Numbered from the stretch's first letter, positions 1 to 8,975 are shown. The stretch is 64,000 nt of DNA from an uncultured Dehalococcoidales bacterium (GCA_964443325.1 CAYUCL010000006.1:14644-78643); one strand, 5' to 3'. Made by a program: numbers and translations. The notes: generated by a model not told the origin, from the letters alone.

Positions 1-313
1 CGCTCGAGGCTTTGTCTTCTGGGTGGTGCGAGAGCTGCTGATGAATGTGGTCAAGCACGCTGAGGCGCAAGCGGTCACGGTATCGGTTTGTAGAGATGAC
101 GGCGAGCTACGGGTGGTGGTTGAGGACAATGGGGTCGGATTCGACACGTCGGAAATGGAACAGAGGACCCGCGGCTTCGGCCTGTTCAGCATACGGGAGC
201 GATTGACCGAGTTCGGGGGGCAGTTTGAAGTGGAATCGGAGCCGGGCAGGGGAACGTGGGTGACTCTTGTTGCGCCACTGGAAAGCGGTGGCGAGAGCAC
301 AGGAGGAAACTGA
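1..313 (+). CDS. Histidine kinase, C-terminal HATPase_c fragment (5'-truncated by window start); HisKA_3/NarX-like family
   Basis: Translation VVRELLMNVVKHAEA...DNGVGFDTSE...GFGLFSIRERL...GRGTWVTLVAPL shows the N-, G1- and G2-boxes of an HATPase domain. It is about 80% identical to the C-terminus of the kinase at 2272-3840. The stop is separated from the next start by one base (TGA 311-313, ATG 315-317). Confidence 0.75.
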   Translation, partial: ARGFVFWVVRELLMNVVKHAEAQAVTVSVCRDDGELRVVVEDNGVGFDTSEMEQRTRGFGLFSIRERLTEFGGQFEVESEPGRGTWVTLVAPLESGGESTGGN

Positions 314-314
314 C

Positions 315-968
315 ATGAGCATTAGGGTTATCCTTGCCGACGACCACATGATCATGCGCCAAGGGGTGCGCGCCATGCTGGAGAAGGAGCCCGACATGGA
401 GGTGGTTGCCGAGGCGGATAACGGACGGACAGCGGTAGAGCTGACACGCAAGCTGCAGCCAGATGTGATCGTCATGGACCTCACCATGCCCGATTTAAAT
501 GGTGTTGAAGCTACCCGGCAGGTCGTCGCTGAATACCCTGGCGTCAAAGTACTCGCCCTATCTATGCATTCCGACAAGCGTTATGTCGCTGGAGTGCTTG
601 GCGCAGGTGCATCGGGCTACCTGTTGAAGGACTGCGCGCTGGAGGAACTGGTGCGGGCGATCCATGCAGTGGTGGCCAACCAGACCTATCTGAGTCCGGG
701 GATAGCTGGCATTGTGGTGGAAGGTTACATAGCTCACCTGCCAGCGACTGAGTCCGCCCTCATGTCCAACTTGACGGCGAGGGAGCGAGAGGTGCTGCAG
801 CTTATAGCCGAGGGCAAGACGATAAAGGAGATTGCCTCCACCCTGCACGTGAGCGTTAAGACGGTTGAAACGCACCGCCAGCAAATCATGAACAAGCTGG
901 ATATCTACAGTGTGGCCGAGCTAACCAAATATGCCATCCGTGAAGGATTGACCGCCCTCGAAGGCTAG
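315..968 (+). CDS. NarL/LuxR-family response regulator (REC + HTH_LuxR)
   Basis: MSIRVILADDH...VIVMDLTMPDLNG (receiver Asp) and a C-terminal TAREREVLQLIAEGKTIKEIASTLHVSVKTVETHRQQIMNKL LuxR-type HTH. The ORF-track start at 267 is an upstream extension. ATG at 315 is separated from the kinase stop by one base (stop 311-313; CTGACATGAGC). Confidence 0.88.
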   Translation: MSIRVILADDHMIMRQGVRAMLEKEPDMEVVAEADNGRTAVELTRKLQPDVIVMDLTMPDLNGVEATRQVVAEYPGVKVLALSMHSDKRYVAGVLGAGASGYLLKDCALEELVRAIHAVVANQTYLSPGIAGIVVEGYIAHLPATESALMSNLTAREREVLQLIAEGKTIKEIASTLHVSVKTVETHRQQIMNKLDIYSVAELTKYAIREGLTALEG

Positions 969-1264
969 CCATACCGCCGCTAACACTGCCACTGCCTCAC
1001 CTGGATTGCTTCGTCGAGTTCCCTCACTTAGTTCGAGACAGGCCTCGCAATGACATTTTTATTTTCGCACTATTGTTGAGACATATATCTTGGGGGAGCA
1101 CCACCTATTCCTGTAGTTGCCTGATTTATCAGGCACACTAGCCCAATAAATCGCGCCCAATCCTTCAAAGAAGGATGGGCAACTACATTTTTATACCCCC
1201 CCTCCCTTGAAGGGAGAGGGTGAGGGTGATGGCCTATCCTGAATTTTATATAAGGCCCGTTCAT

Positions 1265-1480
1265 GGTTCGACAGGCCTGTCCTGAGCCGAGTCGAAGGGC
1301 TCACCACGAACGGATTTACTAGCATGTCCTTAGCGTATTCGAAGGGCTCACCACGAACGGTGCGTGGCTTCAGCCAGATGCATAAGTAGGGTGGGTGTAG
1401 CCCTTCAGCGGAAGGGCGAAACCCACCATTTCCATCTCCATTTGGGAAGGTGGGTTCCATTTCATTTCACCCACCCTACT
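1265..1480. repeat. GC-rich palindromic interspersed repeat (CCGTTCGTGGTGAGCCCTTCGA family plus GGGTGGGTG/CCCACC hairpins)
   Basis: Near-identical to 4690-4930. The core motif recurs at 16730-16810 and 20225-20400. Several inverted sub-repeats are present. Confidence 0.7.
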
Positions 1481-1539
1481 TCTGGTTCGTCGCCACAGAG
1501 AGGCGACGCTGCCGGTCCTTGGGGAGGGGGGACTTCTGC

Positions 1540-1640
1540 CTCAGGTTTTTCGAAGGGCGAAATCAGGTTTTTCGAAGGGCAAACTCAGTAATTCCCTGAT
1601 TGTGTGCTCAGCCATAACCGTTTAGTTTAGGCATGTGTGC
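1540..1640 (+). repeat. Upstream repeat element (URE) copy A: three 22-bp direct repeats CTCAGGTTTTTCGAAGGGC followed by the CTGATTGTGTGCTCAGCCATAACCGTTTAGTTTAGG box
   Basis: Member of a family with at least 10 copies; other copies are at 4961, 14825, 17022, 18300, 20460, 26885, 32329, 63366 (- strand) and 63800. Confidence 0.8.
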
Positions 1641-1980
1641 AACTGGGCTGGAGCAAAACAAGTCGCCAGTGCCACAAAAGACGCTGAAATGACGGGCAAA
1701 GCACAGGGAAATACCGCGATTGTGGCAGTGCTGGACCACATCTGGCTGCTGGAGATTTTCAAAATCAGAGATAGTTCGTCGTGGCGTCCCTCCTTTTCGG
1801 TAGGTCCGATCCGTACGCCCCCGCACGGATCGGACCTACACAAGTTCGGGGATAGCTGGCACCACGAGAAGGCAAATTGCTTGACCAACTGCGCATTAGA
1901 TCGCTAGACGAATTTAACAGGGAGTAAGCATAAGTAGATATGAAACCAAAGCCTCTTTGAGGTTTGAGGAGTAAGGCAGG

Positions 1981-2121
1981 ATGAAAGATGGAAATTGGAC
2001 CGAAGAGCAAATCGCTAATGAAATGCTGCGATTGCTGCGGCGAATTAGCGAGTTGGAAGCAGCAGAAATCGAGCGCAAACGGGCCGAGGAGACGCTGGCA
2101 GAATCGGTGGCCACGTGCTGA
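1981..2121 (+). pseudogene. Orphan 46-codon remnant of the shared sensor-protein N-terminal leader (MKDGNWTEEQIANEMLRLLRRISELEAAEIERKRAEETLAESVATC*)
   Basis: Matches the coiled-coil leader of the genes at 5189, 15171, 18548 and 20892 (..ELEAAE.ERKRAEE..) but stops where the first PAS domain would begin. It lies in a decayed 630-bp region between URE copy A and the kinase at 2272. Confidence 0.5.
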
Positions 2122-2271
2122 AGGGCTGCCGCTGGGAAATGGCTGGTCCGATGTAGCGGACGGTGAACAGTTGGACCTGTGCGTGCACCTACAAACCCCG
2201 TGATATGACAATGGTGCCCCGCTTACGGGACGAGTTCATTCAAGGAAGATGGAAGTTGGAGTGGACTAAGA

Positions 2272-3840
2272 ATGGCGAAATATGAGAAAGGGCGTATTCT
2301 CATCGTTGACAGTATCGAGAGCACCGGCGAAACCATGTCGCTCATGTTAACGAAGAGCGGTTATGCGACGAAGGTGGCCGTAACAGGGCAAGAGGCGATG
2401 GAGAAGGCGCGAAGCCAACTCTTCAGCATGGCTCTTGTGGATATCGAGTTGCCTGATATGAATGGAGTGGAGCTAGTGGCATCTTTGAAGGAAATAAATC
2501 CAGATATAACGATGGTTGTCACCGGCTGTCCTTCTTCGGAAACCGTAGTGCAGGCCCTGAATAACGGAGCAGCGGCGTACATCACCAAGCCGTTGAACAT
2601 GGGTGACATACTGGCTACAGTTGAGGGGGCTGTTGAAAAGCAGCATCTGGCTATGGAGAGCAGGAAGCTGTACCAGAAGGCTCAGCGTGAGCTTGCCGAG
2701 AGCAGGCGGGCAGAGCAGGCGCTCAGGGAGTACACGGAGCGGCTGGAAGAGATGCTGGAACGGCGCACCAAGGGGCTTCGAGATGCACGTGAATACGCGG
2801 AGAGCATTGTGGCCGCGATTCGTGAGCCCCTGCTGGTGCTTGATGAGGAGCTGCGTGTAGTCTCGGCCAATCGGTCCTTCTACCGGACTTTCAAGGTGAC
2901 ACCAAAAGAGACTGAGGGACAGCCATTATACGAACTGGGCAACGGTCAGTGGGACATCCCCAGGCTGCGGGAGCTTCTGGCGGAGGTTCTACCCAATAAC
3001 GCAGCCTTTGACGACTTCGAGGTGGAGCATGACTACCCCACCATCGGGCAACGGACGATGCTACTGAGTGCTCGGAGGGAGAGAGAGGCGAGCGAGACAC
3101 GGATGATCCTTCTTACCATTGAAGACATCACCGAGCGCAAGCGGGCAGAGGAAAAAGTCCATATGTTTCAGCGGCGGCTTCGGTCTCTGGCGTCCCAGCT
3201 ATCATTGGCCGAGGAGCGGGAACGCAAGCGTATGGCGTCGGGTCTGCATGACCAGGTTGGCCAGCCGCTGGCTGCGGTTAAGATGAAGTTAGGCGCATTG
3301 CGAGGGCTGTTATCTGATGGCCTTGTTGACCAGGTGGACGAAATCCGGGAGCTTATCGACCAGGCGATTCACGAGATGCGGTCGCTGACTTTTGAGCTCA
3401 GCCCCCCTATTCTCTATGACCTGGGCCTTGAGCCAGCGCTAGAGTGGTTAGTCGAACAGGTGCAAGCAGAGCACGGCATCCTGGGCCGGTTCGAGGACGA
3501 CGGCCAGAACAAGCCACTGGGAGATGACTCTCGGGGGCTGCTCTTCTGGGTGGTGCGCGAGTTGCTGCTGAATGTCGTCAAGCACGCCAAGGCGCGAACC
3601 GCTACAGTATCCATTTGGAGAGATGACGACGAACTACGGGTGAGCGTTGAAGACGACGGGGTGGGATTCGACACCTCGGAGATTGAAAAGATGACCCGCG
3701 GCTTCGGCCTGTTCAGCATCCGGCAGCGATTGACCGAGTTTGGTGGGCAGGTTGAAGTCGAATCTAAGCCCGGCCAGGGAACGCGGGTTATTCTGGTGGC
3801 GCCACTTGATTGCAGTGATGAAAGCGAGCAAGGACACTGA
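2272..3840 (+). CDS. Sensor histidine kinase with N-terminal receiver: REC-PAS-HisKA_3-HATPase_c
   Basis: REC: ILIVDS...ALVDIELPDMNG...ITKP. PAS with the DITERKRAEE linker. H-box SGLHDQVGQPL (HisKA_3). HATPase N/G1/G2 boxes (VVRELLLNVVKHA, DDGVGFD, GFGLFSIRQRL). 522 aa. Confidence 0.85.
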   Translation: MAKYEKGRILIVDSIESTGETMSLMLTKSGYATKVAVTGQEAMEKARSQLFSMALVDIELPDMNGVELVASLKEINPDITMVVTGCPSSETVVQALNNGAAAYITKPLNMGDILATVEGAVEKQHLAMESRKLYQKAQRELAESRRAEQALREYTERLEEMLERRTKGLRDAREYAESIVAAIREPLLVLDEELRVVSANRSFYRTFKVTPKETEGQPLYELGNGQWDIPRLRELLAEVLPNNAAFDDFEVEHDYPTIGQRTMLLSARREREASETRMILLTIEDITERKRAEEKVHMFQRRLRSLASQLSLAEERERKRMASGLHDQVGQPLAAVKMKLGALRGLLSDGLVDQVDEIRELIDQAIHEMRSLTFELSPPILYDLGLEPALEWLVEQVQAEHGILGRFEDDGQNKPLGDDSRGLLFWVVRELLLNVVKHAKARTATVSIWRDDDELRVSVEDDGVGFDTSEIEKMTRGFGLFSIRQRLTEFGGQVEVESKPGQGTRVILVAPLDCSDESEQGH

Positions 3841-3842
3841 GG

Positions 3843-4495
3843 TGAGCGTCAAGGTTATACTGGCTGATGACCACAGGATCGTGCGCCAGGGGCTGCACTC
3901 CTTGCTGGAGAAGGAGCTCGATATGGAGGTGGTTGGCGAGGCGGACAACGGGCGAGCAACTGTAGAGATGGCGCGGGATTTAAAGCCCGACGTTATCGTC
4001 ATGGACATCACCATGCCTGAATTGAACGGAATTGAAGCCACCAGACAGGTCCTCGCCGATGACTCCGCCGTCAGGGTACTCGCCCTGTCGATGCATTCTG
4101 ACAAGCGTTTTGTCTCTGGAGTGCTCGGTGCTGGTGCAACGGGCTATTTATTGAAGGACTGCGTACTGGAGGAACTGGTGCGGGCCATCCGCGTTGTGGT
4201 CGCCGATCAGACCTACCTGAGTCCAGGGATAGCTGGCATAGTGGTAGAAGGATACATGCGTTATCTGCCAGAGGCCGAGAATTCGATTTTGTCTGCTTTG
4301 ACGGCGAGGGAGCGCGAGGTTCTACAGCTCTTAGCCGAAGGGAAAACCGTCAAGGAGATCGGGTACACCCTCCACTTGAGCGTTAAGACCGTTGAAACCC
4401 ACCGCCAGCAAATCACGAAGAAGCTGGATATCCGCACTCTAGCTGAACTCACCAAATATGCCATCCGCGAAGGATTGACCTCCCTCGAGCGCTAA
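3843..4495 (+). CDS. NarL/LuxR-family response regulator (paralog of 315-968 and 17616-18269)
   Basis: VSVKVILADDHRIVRQG...VIVMDITMPELNG...TAREREVLQLLAEGKTVKEIGYTLHLSVKTVETHRQQI. GTG at 3843 follows the kinase stop directly. An alternative ATG lies at 3818. Roughly 80% identical to the other two LuxR regulators. Confidence 0.85.
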
Positions 4496-4689
4496 CTCTG
4501 CAGGTTCTCTTGGAACACAATTGATATGAATTGATGAAGTTTCCCCCTCCCTCTCCTTCCCTAGAAGGATCCCTCCCGCCAGGTCGAAGACTCTTCGTGG
4601 GAGGGAGAACATGTTCCCACCCACCCGCCCCTTGTGTCATTTTTAGGTAGCGTCCCCAGACCCCCGGCAGATTTAAAACCCATTCACCC

Positions 4690-4930
4690 TGAGCCTGTCG
4701 AAGGGCCTGTCCTGAGCTGGTTCGAAGGGCTCACCACGAACGGTGTTTGGCTTCGGCCAGATGGAGCAGCAGGGTGGGTGCAGCCCCTGAGCGGAAGGGC
4801 GAAACCCACCATTTCCATCTCCATTTGGGAAGGTGGGTTCCATTTCATTTCACCCACCCTACTTCTGGTTGGAGCCCTTCCGCTGAAGGGCTCCAACCTA
4901 CTCCGATCCTTTTTCCCCCTCCCTCTAACT
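4690..4930. repeat. GC-rich palindromic interspersed repeat (second copy of the 1265-1480 block)
   Basis: GGTTCGAAGGGCTCACCACGAACGGTG...GGGTGGGTG...GAAACCCACCATTTCCATCTCCATTTGGGAAGGTGGGTTCCATTTCATTTCACCCACCCTACTTCTGGTT is nearly identical to 1330-1500. Confidence 0.75.
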
Positions 4931-4960
4931 CCCTCCCACCAAGGAAGGGGGGACTTCTGC

Positions 4961-5060
4961 CTCAGGTATTTCGAAGGTCAAATTCAGGGATTATAAACCA
5001 AAACTCAGGGATTTCCCGATTGTGCGCTGAACCGTGACCATTTAGTGTAGGAATGTTCTT
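4961..5060 (+). repeat. URE copy B (three TCAGG(G/T)ATT direct repeats at 22-bp spacing plus the CCCGATTGTGCGCTGAACCGTGACCATTTAGTGTAGGAATG box)
   Basis: Sequence family member. It lies 129 nt upstream of the ATG at 5189. Confidence 0.8.
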
Positions 5061-5188
5061 TAGGGCATGTGAGCAAGTCATCGGGGCGAAACAAGTTTAG
5101 GTGACGACACGTGCCGTACACAGTGCCCACTTATAAATGGCTGGCAGCAGTTGGCCAAAATGTCGCTCGTATTGAGGAGAGATATGAG

Positions 5189-6061
5189 ATGAAAGTCAAG
5201 GATAGGACAACAGAGCAGCAACTCATAAGTGAATTGGTGGAGACTCACCAACAGGTCGCCGAATTGGAGATATCAGAGGCCGAGCACAAGCAACGGGAGG
5301 AGGAACTGAGGGAGCATTTGGAGCGATTGGGAACGATGGTGGAGCGGCGCACCAAAGAGCTCCGGGATGCCCACGAAAAGCTCATTCGCCAGGAGAAGCT
5401 GGTCGTGCTGGGAAAACTGGCTGGCGGCGTGGGCCAAGAACTGCGCAACCCGCTGGAAGCTATCAAGAACGCCGCTTGCTTCCTCAACATGTTCCTGAAA
5501 GAGCCGGAACAGGAGGTAAAGAAGACACTGCATATCCTGGAGAAGGAAGTGGCGGCGTCCCAGAGAATCGTCAGCAGCTTACTCGAATTCGCCCGTCCCA
5601 GGCCCCCTGTTTGGCGAAAGGTGGATATCAACCATGTCATTGAGGAAGCACTGTCTCGCGCTGTGTTGCCGCCGAACATCCAGGTGGTAAGGCAACTGGA
5701 CGAGGCGTTGCCGCCCATCCTGGCTGATCCCTATCAGTTATGCCAGGTCTTCGACAACCTCATTCTCAACGCTATCCAGGCTATGCCCGAGGGCGGGCAG
5801 TTGCTGGTCAAATCGGAAATGCAAAGTCCGGAGCGGGTGTGCGTCTCCATCGCCGATACAGGGGAGGGCATAGCGGAGGAGGACATAGGCGAAATCTTCG
5901 AGCCACTCTTCAGCACCAGGGCTGGAGGTATTGGCCTTGGCTTGACCACTGTCAGGACCATTGTAGAGGGTTATGGAGGCACAATCGGAGCCGAAAGTGA
6001 ACAGGGGCAAGGCAGCACTTTCAGGGTAAACCTGCACAAGGACGGGGTTGGTGCAAAGTAG
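5189..6061 (+). CDS. HisKA-type histidine-kinase-like protein (coiled-coil leader-HisKA-HATPase_c) whose H-box reads GQELRNPL, Gln in place of the phospho-acceptor His
   Basis: The H-box region KLAGGVGQELRNPLEAI has CAA at 5435-5437 where HisKA proteins have His. The N-box (QVFDNLILNAIQA), G1 (DTGEGI) and G2 (GGIGLGL) are intact. No transmembrane segment. ATG at 5189 has an upstream GGAGAG RBS; the ORF-track GTG at 5111 is an alternative. Confidence 0.75.
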   Translation: MKVKDRTTEQQLISELVETHQQVAELEISEAEHKQREEELREHLERLGTMVERRTKELRDAHEKLIRQEKLVVLGKLAGGVGQELRNPLEAIKNAACFLNMFLKEPEQEVKKTLHILEKEVAASQRIVSSLLEFARPRPPVWRKVDINHVIEEALSRAVLPPNIQVVRQLDEALPPILADPYQLCQVFDNLILNAIQAMPEGGQLLVKSEMQSPERVCVSIADTGEGIAEEDIGEIFEPLFSTRAGGIGLGLTTVRTIVEGYGGTIGAESEQGQGSTFRVNLHKDGVGAK

Positions 6062-6126
6062 CATGGAGGAGAAGGAGAGCATCCTCATAGTTGTGGAAGT
6101 GCCAGCAATCAATTGAGAACTACAGG

Positions 6127-8970
6127 ATGAAAAAGGGACTGGAAGATAGCAACGGCACAGGTAGAACAGCGACGCCTCCCAAAATCCTGGTGATTGAAGA
6201 CGACCAGGCTCTGTCGCACTTAATCCAGACAAACCTTCGGCGTCTTGATTTTCATACAGAAGGCGTGTCGGATGGCGCTCAAGCTATTGATTGGATAGTC
6301 AACAATGCGGTCACACTGGCGCTGCTGGACTACCGTCTGCCAGACATGAGCGGCGAGCAAGTGATGAAAGCTCTTGCCAAGCGGCAGCGCACCGTTCCCT
6401 TCATCGTTATCACAGGATATGGTGACGAAAAGGTAGCGGTGGAAATGATGAAGCTTGGTGCACGAGACTACCTGGTGAAGGACACGGCATTTCTTGACCG
6501 GCTGTCTCAAGCAGTTGAACGAACGGTTGAACAGCTAGCTATTGAGGACAAACTGGCTGAAGCGGAAAGGGCGCTGAGGGAAAGCGAGGGCAAATACAGG
6601 ACATTGTTGGAGACCAGCGCAACTCCTGTTTACTGGGTTGAGGTGCCGGGTGGGGAGATAACATTTATCAACAAGAAAGCAGAGGACTTGTTCGGAAGGG
6701 GGAAAAAAGACCTGCTGGGCCACAAGCTTTTTGAATTTGTCCCTGAAGATGAGGTAGCGCTTCACCAGGAGAAAATGAAAGAAGCCGCCAGGGAGATGAA
6801 AATCAAAGAGCAGCCAATACCTCAAGTCATAATAAGGCCTGGCGGCGAGCTTAGATACACCGAAGTATACCCGACCATGTTTGAATCGGAGGGGAAGATA
6901 ATAGCACAGGTTATATGCCCAGACATCACCGAGCGCAAGCGGGCGGAGGAGGAGTTGCGGGCTTCGGAAGAAAAACTCCGCCTTATGTTTGAGTCAATAA
7001 GGGAGGGGATCACCGTCACTGATTTGCAAGGCAGCATGACAGATGTAAACGAGTCAGTGCTTCGGATGCATGGGTTCAGAGATAAGGAAGAAATTATAGG
7101 ACGAAGCGCCTTTGAATTCATCTCGGCCAAAGACCGTGCTAGAGCTGAGCAGAACCTGATGAGGACATTTGAGGAGGGGGTAAGCGGGACAATAGAGTAT
7201 ACATTGCTAACCAGGGATGGAGAGCAATTCGATGCTGAGTTAAATGCTGCTTTGATTAGGGATAGCTCTGGAAATCCCGCCGGATTCATTGCAGTTACCA
7301 GGGACATCACCGAACGCAAGCGGGCGGAGGAGGAGATAAAGCGCCATGCTAAGCGCGCTGAGGCGCTCCATGCTGTTGTCCAGGCGGTGAGCCAGACCCT
7401 GGACCTGGATGATATGCTAAGCAATGCGATGGATACAGTAAAAGGGATCATGGAGGTTGATGTTGTTAACGTATACCTTCTCGATGAAGGAACTGGAGAA
7501 CTGACTCTCATTACTCATACAGGGGTGTCCAACGAATTCATTGTCAGCATGAGCATTTTGAAGCTGGATCAAGAGGAAATCGAGAAGCTGCGTCAGTGGA
7601 AAGAGCCGATCATTGTGCTGGAGAGGGCGTTAAATCAGCCTAATCTAGCCAGGATAGCACAAGCGGTACAAAATGAGGGACTACAATCACGTATTGTCGT
7701 GCCGTTGTGGTTGAAAGGCGTCGTTTCGGGCGCAATTGCGCTTGCCTGCCGCCATCCCCGCCAGTATAGCACTGAGGAGATAGCCCTGCTCAAGGCTGTA
7801 AGTAACGAGATAGGAGTGGGTATAGAGAATGCCCAACTTCTGGAGAGGACAAGAGAGCTATCGGTAACCGATGAGCTGACGGAGCTATACAATCGACGTC
7901 ACTTCTACCAGGCGCTTGAGGCAGAGATAGACCGCGCGCAGCGCTATGGTCACTCTTTCTGTTTGGCAATGCTCGATCTTGACGAGTTCAAGGAATACAA
8001 TGACCGGTTTGGACACACCAATGGCGATGCTGTCCTCAAATCCCTTGCCCGTACGCTCAAGTCAGCACTGAGGAAGAGCGATATGGCTTTCCGCTACGGC
8101 GGCGACGAGTTCACTATCATCCTGCCGGTAACAGAGGCTTATAGAGCCAGGAAGATTGTAGACCGCATCAGATCAAAGTGGCTAGAAACGCCTAAGTCAG
8201 ACAAACTCATTCTGGAAGCTCCTCTGGGTTTTAGCGCTGGAATCGCTCAATTCCCTCAGGATGCTGGAACGGCTGATGGCCTGGTATTCCTCGCCGACAC
8301 TGCCCTGTACCATTCAAAGAGGCAGGGAGGATACAAATCTTCACTGGTGTCCGATCTGGGGGCAGTGACACTGGGCGTCCTGGACAGTGCAATGCTGGAC
8401 CACGTCTATGCCCTGGCGGCTACGGTAGATGCCAGAGACCCCTACACCTATGGTCATTCGGAGAGGGTCGCATACATATCGGAAACAATAGGCAGAGCTA
8501 TCGGGCTATCTATGGATGAACTAGTGAACTTACATGCTGCTGCCCTCCTTCACGACATCGGTAAGGTGGGCGTCCCTGACTCAATCTTAACCAAGCCCGG
8601 TAGGCTAACTAAGGATGAATGGCGAGTGATGGAAAGGCACCCTGTTGAAGGGGCAAGGATAGTGGGCCATGTAACGGAACTGGCGGCGCTGGTGCCGATG
8701 ATACGGCACCACCACGAGTGGTATAACGGCACGGGATACCCGGATAGACTCAAGGGTGAAGATATACCCCTTGGCGCCAGAATTATAAGCATAGCTGATG
8801 CCTACGACACCATGACCACACAGCGTCCTTACAGGGATACCGTGTCTGAGGAGGAAGCGCTTGAGGAGCTCAGGCGGTGTTCGGGCACTCAGTTTGACCT
8901 CGGGCTTGTGGAGGCGTTCTGCGGGATCGTCGAGGAACATAATAAGAGAAAAATAAGGGTTGGCGGTTAG
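6127..8970 (+). CDS. Response regulator REC-PAS(x3)-GAF-GGDEF-HD-GYP (c-di-GMP cyclase/phosphodiesterase-type output)
   Basis: REC: KILVIEDDQ...LALLDYRLPDMSG. Three DITERKRAEEE PAS linkers, a GAF region, the GGDEF motif (AFRYGGDEFTIILP) and HD-GYP (HSERVAY...LHDIGKVGVPD...HHHEWYNGTGYPDRLKGEDIP). The ORF-track start is 6091; ATG at 6127 is more likely. Confidence 0.85.
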   Translation: MKKGLEDSNGTGRTATPPKILVIEDDQALSHLIQTNLRRLDFHTEGVSDGAQAIDWIVNNAVTLALLDYRLPDMSGEQVMKALAKRQRTVPFIVITGYGDEKVAVEMMKLGARDYLVKDTAFLDRLSQAVERTVEQLAIEDKLAEAERALRESEGKYRTLLETSATPVYWVEVPGGEITFINKKAEDLFGRGKKDLLGHKLFEFVPEDEVALHQEKMKEAAREMKIKEQPIPQVIIRPGGELRYTEVYPTMFESEGKIIAQVICPDITERKRAEEELRASEEKLRLMFESIREGITVTDLQGSMTDVNESVLRMHGFRDKEEIIGRSAFEFISAKDRARAEQNLMRTFEEGVSGTIEYTLLTRDGEQFDAELNAALIRDSSGNPAGFIAVTRDITERKRAEEEIKRHAKRAEALHAVVQAVSQTLDLDDMLSNAMDTVKGIMEVDVVNVYLLDEGTGELTLITHTGVSNEFIVSMSILKLDQEEIEKLRQWKEPIIVLERALNQPNLARIAQAVQNEGLQSRIVVPLWLKGVVSGAIALACRHPRQYSTEEIALLKAVSNEIGVGIENAQLLERTRELSVTDELTELYNRRHFYQALEAEIDRAQRYGHSFCLAMLDLDEFKEYNDRFGHTNGDAVLKSLARTLKSALRKSDMAFRYGGDEFTIILPVTEAYRARKIVDRIRSKWLETPKSDKLILEAPLGFSAGIAQFPQDAGTADGLVFLADTALYHSKRQGGYKSSLVSDLGAVTLGVLDSAMLDHVYALAATVDARDPYTYGHSERVAYISETIGRAIGLSMDELVNLHAAALLHDIGKVGVPDSILTKPGRLTKDEWRVMERHPVEGARIVGHVTELAALVPMIRHHHEWYNGTGYPDRLKGEDIPLGARIISIADAYDTMTTQRPYRDTVSEEEALEELRRCSGTQFDLGLVEAFCGIVEEHNKRKIRVGG

Positions 8971-8975
8971 GAGCG

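Noticed and set aside
107-577. 156-aa ORF on the - strand (MSECIDRASTLT...), recurring at 3634-4104 and 17324-17890
   Set aside because: Each copy is antisense to a conserved LuxR regulator or kinase gene. They are conserved only because the sense strand is, and they have no start context of their own. I treat them as mirror-ORF artefacts of the paralogous genes.
267-968. ORF-track start at 267 (MLRHWKAVARAQEETDMSIRV...) for the LuxR regulator, and similar upstream extensions (3740 for 3843; 6091; 27891; 36719; 39850; 10316)
   Set aside because: The extensions overlap the preceding gene and add non-homologous residues. Internal starts (315, 3843/3818, 6127, 27966, 36764, 39874, 10337) give the conserved family N-termini and sit at or within a few bases of the upstream stop codons.
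1635-1907. 90-aa + strand ORF after element copy A (MCNWAGAKQVASATKDAEM...)
   Set aside because: It lies in a region of decayed kinase and regulator remnants and contains the palindromic hairpin. It shows no similarity to anything recognisable and has no RBS. I treat it as non-coding.
6822-7511. 229-aa - strand ORF, and the many ..SARLRSVMS.. antisense ORFs (for example 21197-21397, 22277-22636, 24269-24514, 24674-25087)
   Set aside because: All are antisense to the PAS-linker repeats (DITERKRAEE), so their conservation is inherited from the sense strand. They are spurious.
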